Both the position numbers and the translations under genes were made by a program. From contig CAMTVD010000036.1 in the NCBI GenBank assembly GCA_947085095.1, positions 1 through 12,251 of the forward strand: a stretch of DNA of 12,251 bases, in the 5' to 3' direction. Below the pieces are notes generated by a model. That model saw only the letters and a list, made by a program, of their open reading frames with translations. It did not search any database and had not been told where the DNA came from. Below, in pieces: positions 1-4,042 of the stretch. The stretch's first letter is position 1, and each line of letters opens with the position of its first letter. Origin of the DNA: an uncultured Thermus sp. Lineage in GTDB: Bacteria > Deinococcota > Deinococci > Deinococcales > Thermaceae.

Positions 1-198
1 CGGTGGGGTAAGAGCCCACCGCCTGGCCTGGCAACAGGCTGGGGCACGGCAAACCCCACCCGGTGCAAGGCCCAGTAGGCAGGAAGGGCTTGCCCGGCCC
101 GTTAGAACCTGCGGGATGGGCCGCTTGAGGCCGGTGGCGACGCCGGTCCCAGAGAGATGACCGCGGAAACAGAACCCGGCTTACGGCCCGCCCTGGGG
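1..198 (+). ncRNA. rnpB: Bacterial type A RNase P RNA, 3' portion (5' part lies upstream of the window)
   Basis: Contains the conserved RNase P RNA blocks in the correct order: GGTAAGAGC (7-15), GGCAAACCCCACCCGGTGCAAGG (48-70), a P18-like hairpin with GCGA tetraloop (~129-150) and the universal AAACAGAACCCGGCTTAC (167-184), followed by a GC-rich putative P1 3' strand (185-198). The 3' end is approximate. Confidence 0.96.
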
Positions 199-212
199 CC
201 CCCGGAAGGGGG
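199..212 (+). other. Short GNRA hairpin in the rnpB 3' trailer (CCCCC-GGAA-GGGGG), with no U-tract
   Basis: 5-bp stem and GGAA loop read directly from the sequence. It lacks poly-T, so it is not a canonical intrinsic terminator. Confidence 0.45.
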
Positions 213-240
213 GTGGTGCGTGGATAAAGCGGGTCAGGCT

Positions 241-1866
241 ATGAGGAACCGCCTGTATTTTGGGGACAACCTTCAGGTCCTCCGGGAGCGTATCCCCGAT
301 GAGAGCGTGGACCTTATCTACCTGGACCCCCCTTTCAACTCCAAGGCGGACTACAACGTCATCTTTCGCGAGCACAGCGGCAAGGGGCCGGGGGCCCAGA
401 TACAGGCCTTTGAAGACACCTGGCACTGGGGGCTTGAGAGCGAGAAGGCCCTGGGAGAGGTACTGGAGCGTCACGGAAGGCTCGGGGAGTTCTTGGACTT
501 CATGGTCCGCTCCCTAGGCAAGAACGACCTCTCCGCCTACCTGGTGATGATGGCCGTGCGCCTCATTGAGCTTCACCGGGTCCTCAAACCCACGGGAAGC
601 CTGTACCTGCACTGCGATCCCACGGCCAGCCACTACCTCAAGGTAATCCTGGACCAGATCTTCGGCCCCAGGAACTTCCAGAACGAGGTCATCTGGAAGC
701 GGACTGGAGCCCACAACGACCCCAAGCGTTGGGGAAGGGTCCACGATGTGCTGCTCTTCTACGCCAAGGGGGAAGGGTACACCTGGAACGCGGTTTACCT
801 GCCCCATGACCAGGAGTACCTAAAGCGCTTCAGGAGGCGAGACCCCGATGGTAGGCGGTGGACCGATGACAACTTGACCGCAAAAGGACTTCTTGGCGGC
901 GGCTACGATTACGAGTACAAGGGCGTGAAGTCCCTTTGGAGGGTTCCCCTGGATACGATGAAGCGGCTTGACGAGGAGGGGCGGCTTCACTTCACGAGGG
1001 ACAAAGGGGGGAACATCATCGGCATAAGGCTGAAAAGGTACCTTGACGAACTCCCTGGAGTTCCCATCCAGGACGTGATAACTGACATTGCGCCCGTCAA
1101 CTCCCAGGCCAAGGAACGCCTGGGCTACCCCACCCAGAAGCCTTTAGCTCTCCTGAAGCGCATCATCCAGGCTAGCTCCAACCCCGGAGACGTGGTTTTG
1201 GACCCCTTTTGCGGCTGCGGCACCGCCCTGGCGGCGGCCCAGGAACTGGGTAGGACCTGGATCGGAATAGATATCACCCACCTGGCCATCACCCTCATCC
1301 AGGCCAGGCTCAAGCGGGATTATGGACTGGAACCCGGGAAAGACTACGAGGTCCTCGGTACACCTAAGGACGTGGGAAGCGCCCGCTTCCTCTTCCAGAA
1401 GGACCCCCACCAGTTCCAGCTGTGGGCTGTGGGCCTCCTGGGAGCCCAGCCCTATGGGGACCCCAAGAAGGGCAAGAAGGGCGGAGACACGGGAATAGAC
1501 GGCCTTCTTTACTTCCGTACCCCTTCCGGGAGCCACCTGGAGAAGACGGTGATTCAGGTGAAGGGTGGAGACCACCTCAGCCCCAGCGTGGTGCGGGACC
1601 TCAGGGGGGTGATGGAGCGGGAGAAGGCCGCCTTCGGCCTGCTCATCACTTTGAAGGAGCCCACGAAGGGAATGTTGCAGGAGGCCGCCGAGGCGGGCTT
1701 TTACTCCTGGGGTAGCCACGCCTACCCGAGGCTCCAGATCCTGACCGTGGGGGAGCTTCTGAACGGGGCCACCCCCAAGCTTCCTCCCGGGAGCCTCAAC
1801 GTGAGCTACGAGCCCAAGGAAGTCCGGACGGCGAAGCCGAAGGGGGGGATGGAGCCGCTGTTCTAA
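241..1866 (+). CDS. N4-C/N6-A DNA methyltransferase (beta class) fused to a C-terminal Mrr-like restriction endonuclease domain, 541 aa
   Basis: N-terminal LYFGDNL and catalytic motif IV DLIYLDPPF, then YPTQKP and SAM-binding VVLDPFCGCGT (beta order). The C-terminal ~150 aa has Mrr_cat hallmarks: GGDTGIDG...IQVKGG...VRDLRG...GLLITL. The ORF-track start at 157 lies inside rnpB; ATG 241 (or in-frame GTG 220) is the plausible start. Confidence 0.92.
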   Translation: MRNRLYFGDNLQVLRERIPDESVDLIYLDPPFNSKADYNVIFREHSGKGPGAQIQAFEDTWHWGLESEKALGEVLERHGRLGEFLDFMVRSLGKNDLSAYLVMMAVRLIELHRVLKPTGSLYLHCDPTASHYLKVILDQIFGPRNFQNEVIWKRTGAHNDPKRWGRVHDVLLFYAKGEGYTWNAVYLPHDQEYLKRFRRRDPDGRRWTDDNLTAKGLLGGGYDYEYKGVKSLWRVPLDTMKRLDEEGRLHFTRDKGGNIIGIRLKRYLDELPGVPIQDVITDIAPVNSQAKERLGYPTQKPLALLKRIIQASSNPGDVVLDPFCGCGTALAAAQELGRTWIGIDITHLAITLIQARLKRDYGLEPGKDYEVLGTPKDVGSARFLFQKDPHQFQLWAVGLLGAQPYGDPKKGKKGGDTGIDGLLYFRTPSGSHLEKTVIQVKGGDHLSPSVVRDLRGVMEREKAAFGLLITLKEPTKGMLQEAAEAGFYSWGSHAYPRLQILTVGELLNGATPKLPPGSLNVSYEPKEVRTAKPKGGMEPLF

Positions 1867-1868
1867 CC

Positions 1869-2789
1869 ATGCCGCTGGAGCGCGTTCTCATGGTGGTCAA
1901 GACCTATCCGAACCCCAGCAGGAAGTACGGGGAGCTGACCTGCACCGCCGGGATACGCCTGAGCGATAACTCCTGGGTGCGGATTTACCCTTACCCATTC
2001 CGCCTTCTGGAATACGATTACCGATTCCAAAAGTATGACATCCTGGAGCTCCCATTGGTTAAAGCCTCTCAGGACCCGCGCCCTGATAGCTACCGCTTAG
2101 AGGACCATACCAAAATACGGGTCCTGGGAAATCTGCCGCCGGGTAAGCGCTGGGAAGAGCGGATGCGGTACATTCGGCCGACGGTGATGGGAAGCACCGA
2201 GGAGTTTGAAGCCCAGATGGTCCGCAGGGAGCCCCTTGCCGGAAGTGGCCTGCAGGGCCTGTTCGGTGATGAGGCTCATCAGGGGAAGAGGCGGGTTGTC
2301 TGGGGCACGACGATTGCGGTAATCGCCGTTCAGCAGGCTTCCGCCTACCTGGAGGCCGAGTACCTCGGGGAGGACTGGCCCCCAGACGCCAAAGCCAAGC
2401 TCGAGGCTCCCGCCTTTTGGGATGAGGGCCTCTTTGAAGGAGCGGAGATGTCGCCCCTGATGAAAAGGCCAAAGGAGCTTCTCCGCTTCTGCCCTTATAA
2501 GTTTCACCTGATCTTCACCGATCTGGCCGGGAGAACGGTCCGGAAAGTGGTCACGGACTGGGAAATCTGCAGCCTTTACTTTAGGGAGGAGAGGCGGCTG
2601 GGGAGCCGGGAAGCGGCCCTAGAAAGCGTCAAGCATAAGGTAGAGAAACAAATCTTCGCCCCCGACAGGGAGACTTTCCTCGTGGTGGGCAGCATCCATT
2701 ACCGCTACGCCAGAAAGGACATGTACGCCGTCATAGGCTTCATCTGGCCAAAGCGGGAGCTGCAAGCCTCCCTTTTCGCAGATCTCTAG
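1869..2789 (+). CDS. Conserved hypothetical protein, probable dual-OB-fold (DuOB-like) nucleic-acid-binding protein, 306 aa
   Basis: Starts 2 nt after the MTase stop. The N-terminal motif VKTYPxPSxKYGExxCTAGI...WVRIYP and later DPRPDSY resemble the CxAG...WxRxxP signature of DuOB-type proteins found near DUF488 genes. The ORF is solid; the fold assignment is from memory of the family. Confidence 0.7.
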   Translation: MPLERVLMVVKTYPNPSRKYGELTCTAGIRLSDNSWVRIYPYPFRLLEYDYRFQKYDILELPLVKASQDPRPDSYRLEDHTKIRVLGNLPPGKRWEERMRYIRPTVMGSTEEFEAQMVRREPLAGSGLQGLFGDEAHQGKRRVVWGTTIAVIAVQQASAYLEAEYLGEDWPPDAKAKLEAPAFWDEGLFEGAEMSPLMKRPKELLRFCPYKFHLIFTDLAGRTVRKVVTDWEICSLYFREERRLGSREAALESVKHKVEKQIFAPDRETFLVVGSIHYRYARKDMYAVIGFIWPKRELQASLFADL

Positions 2790-3210
2790 CCCCCTCGGCC
2801 CAGCCCGTTTCCACCAGGGCCTGGGCAATAAGCGAGCGGTGGCAAACGGTGGGGTCTTCTTCAAAGCAGAGGAGGCAGACGCGGTACTCCTTCAGCAGGA
2901 GGCCCAGCTCCTCCAGCGCTCCCACGCGCTCCTTGAGGAGGCGCCGGTAGCCCGCCTGGTAGGCGTCCCAGCTACCGCCCGCCCGGAGCTGGTGCCTGAG
3001 GTGTTTGGGGGCACCAAGTTCCCGGAAGTGCCGGTAGAAGATGCCCTGGGTTTCCAGGGTGGCCTTAAGGGGGGTCTTGGAGAACCCCTTCTTCCGGCTC
3101 AGGGGCAGGTCCCTGACATCGGCTACCAGGTTTATGCGGTTCGCCTTCAGTACGTCTAAGAAGGCGCTTGAATCAAGCCCTTCATAGCCGACGGTGAGGA
3201 CCTCGAGCAT
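2740..3210 (-). CDS. DUF488 domain protein, 156 aa
   Basis: Diagnostic motifs TVGYEG, ADVRxxPxSRKxGFSK, YxHxxELG and CLLCFEEDPxxCHR. ATG at 3210 is preferred to TTG 3219 because a -10 box lies at 3221-3226. Overlaps the convergent upstream gene by 50 nt. Confidence 0.92.
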   Translation of the reverse strand: MLEVLTVGYEGLDSSAFLDVLKANRINLVADVRDLPLSRKKGFSKTPLKATLETQGIFYRHFRELGAPKHLRHQLRAGGSWDAYQAGYRRLLKERVGALEELGLLLKEYRVCLLCFEEDPTVCHRSLIAQALVETGWAEGARDLRKGRLAAPALAR

Positions 3211-3220
3211 CTTACGCAAG

Positions 3221-3249
3221 ACGATATCCCGCCGGGCAAGCGGTGTAAA
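3221..3249 (-). promoter_or_regulatory. Sigma-A-type promoter for the DUF488 gene (near-leaderless transcript)
   Basis: On the minus strand: TTTACA (3249-3244), 17-nt spacer, TATCGT (3226-3221), ending 10 nt before the ATG at 3210, with no Shine-Dalgarno. Confidence 0.6.
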
Positions 3250-3305
3250 CCGCTAGGGATTGGGGGTTCCCCCTCTTGGGGCCTATATCTAGGGGGGCCT
3301 CCCCC

Positions 3306-3335
3306 TAGACACCCCCCCACCCCCCGTGGTACCTT
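3306..3335 (+). promoter_or_regulatory. Sigma-A-type promoter for the tail operon
   Basis: TAGACA (3306-3311), 18-nt spacer, extended -10 TGG-TACCTT (3327-3335), about 56 nt upstream of the M23 gene start. Confidence 0.55.
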
Positions 3336-3351
3336 AGAGCTAAGGTTGGGT

Positions 3352-3389
3352 AAGTGCCCCCTGGGGAAGCCCAGGGGGCTGGGCACTTT
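3352..3389 (+). terminator. Strong leader hairpin (possible attenuator/terminator) just upstream of the first tail-operon gene
   Basis: GCCCCCTGGG-GAAG-CCCAGGGGGC is a perfect 10-bp stem (3356-3379). An alternative outer pairing joins AAGTGCCC (3352-3359) with GGGCACTT (3381-3388). Only a short TTTGT follows. Confidence 0.45.
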
Positions 3390-3391
3390 GT

Positions 3392-4042
3392 ATGCGCGTG
3401 CTCTGGCCGCTCCCCCCAGCGCCGGACCGGAACCGCGTGGACGCAGGGTTTTTGGACCCCCGCTACCCCGAGTGGCGCAAGGCCAACGGCCTCGCCCCCG
3501 ATGAGCACCCCGGCGTGGACGTCAACCTGGCGGGCACCAGCGGGGACGCCGACCTGGGCTACCCCGTGGTGGCCGCGGCCCCGGGGCGGGTGGTCCACTC
3601 GGCCCAGCACCGGGTATGGGGGAACATCGTCCTGGTGGAGCACGACCTCCCCGGCCTGGGGCGCTTCTGGACGCAGTACGCCCACCTCCTCCACCGCGCC
3701 GTTTCTGAGGGGGACTGGGTGGAGGCGGGGGAGCCCCTGGGGGGCATAGGGAAGGGGGACCCTACGCGCCCGTTCCTCGCCCACTTGCACTTTGAGGTCC
3801 GGCGGAGCCCCATCCCCCCGGACGCCTGGCCGGGGCGGAACCGGGCCTACATCCAGGAGCACTACCTGGACCCCGTGGCCTGGCTGAAGGCCCACTACCA
3901 GCCCGCCCGGCGCTACTACCGGATGCGGGGGGTCCTCTTCAACCCCACCCGCCAGGAGCTGGGGCCGGTGGTGGTGAACCTGGAAAGCCCCGAGCTGGCC
4001 CAGATCGCCGTCCGCCAGCCCCCCAGGCCTGAACGGGCATGA
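3392..4042 (+). CDS. M23 family zinc metallopeptidase (peptidoglycan endopeptidase; lysin-like), 216 aa
   Basis: HxxxD (HPGVD) and HxH (AHLHFEVR) zinc motifs, plus PVVAAAPGRV, WGNIVLVEH and TQYAHL. No obvious signal peptide. Its stop overlaps the tape-measure start (ATGA 4039-4042). Confidence 0.93.
   Translation: MRVLWPLPPAPDRNRVDAGFLDPRYPEWRKANGLAPDEHPGVDVNLAGTSGDADLGYPVVAAAPGRVVHSAQHRVWGNIVLVEHDLPGLGRFWTQYAHLLHRAVSEGDWVEAGEPLGGIGKGDPTRPFLAHLHFEVRRSPIPPDAWPGRNRAYIQEHYLDPVAWLKAHYQPARRYYRMRGVLFNPTRQELGPVVVNLESPELAQIAVRQPPRPERA

Noticed and set aside
199..212. Intrinsic terminator for rnpB
   Set aside because: The stem is only 5 bp with no U-tract; kept as a hairpin of unknown role.
157..240. 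N-terminal extension of the methyltransferase ORF from ATG 157
   Set aside because: It lies inside the conserved 3' core of rnpB; MTase homology begins at MRNRLYFGDN (241).
3239..3390. Palindrome cluster as a MITE, IS end, att site or tRNA-like ncRNA
   Set aside because: No terminal inverted repeats with target duplication, no transposase, no copy of the rnpB 3' end and no cloverleaf; promoter boxes explain the region better.
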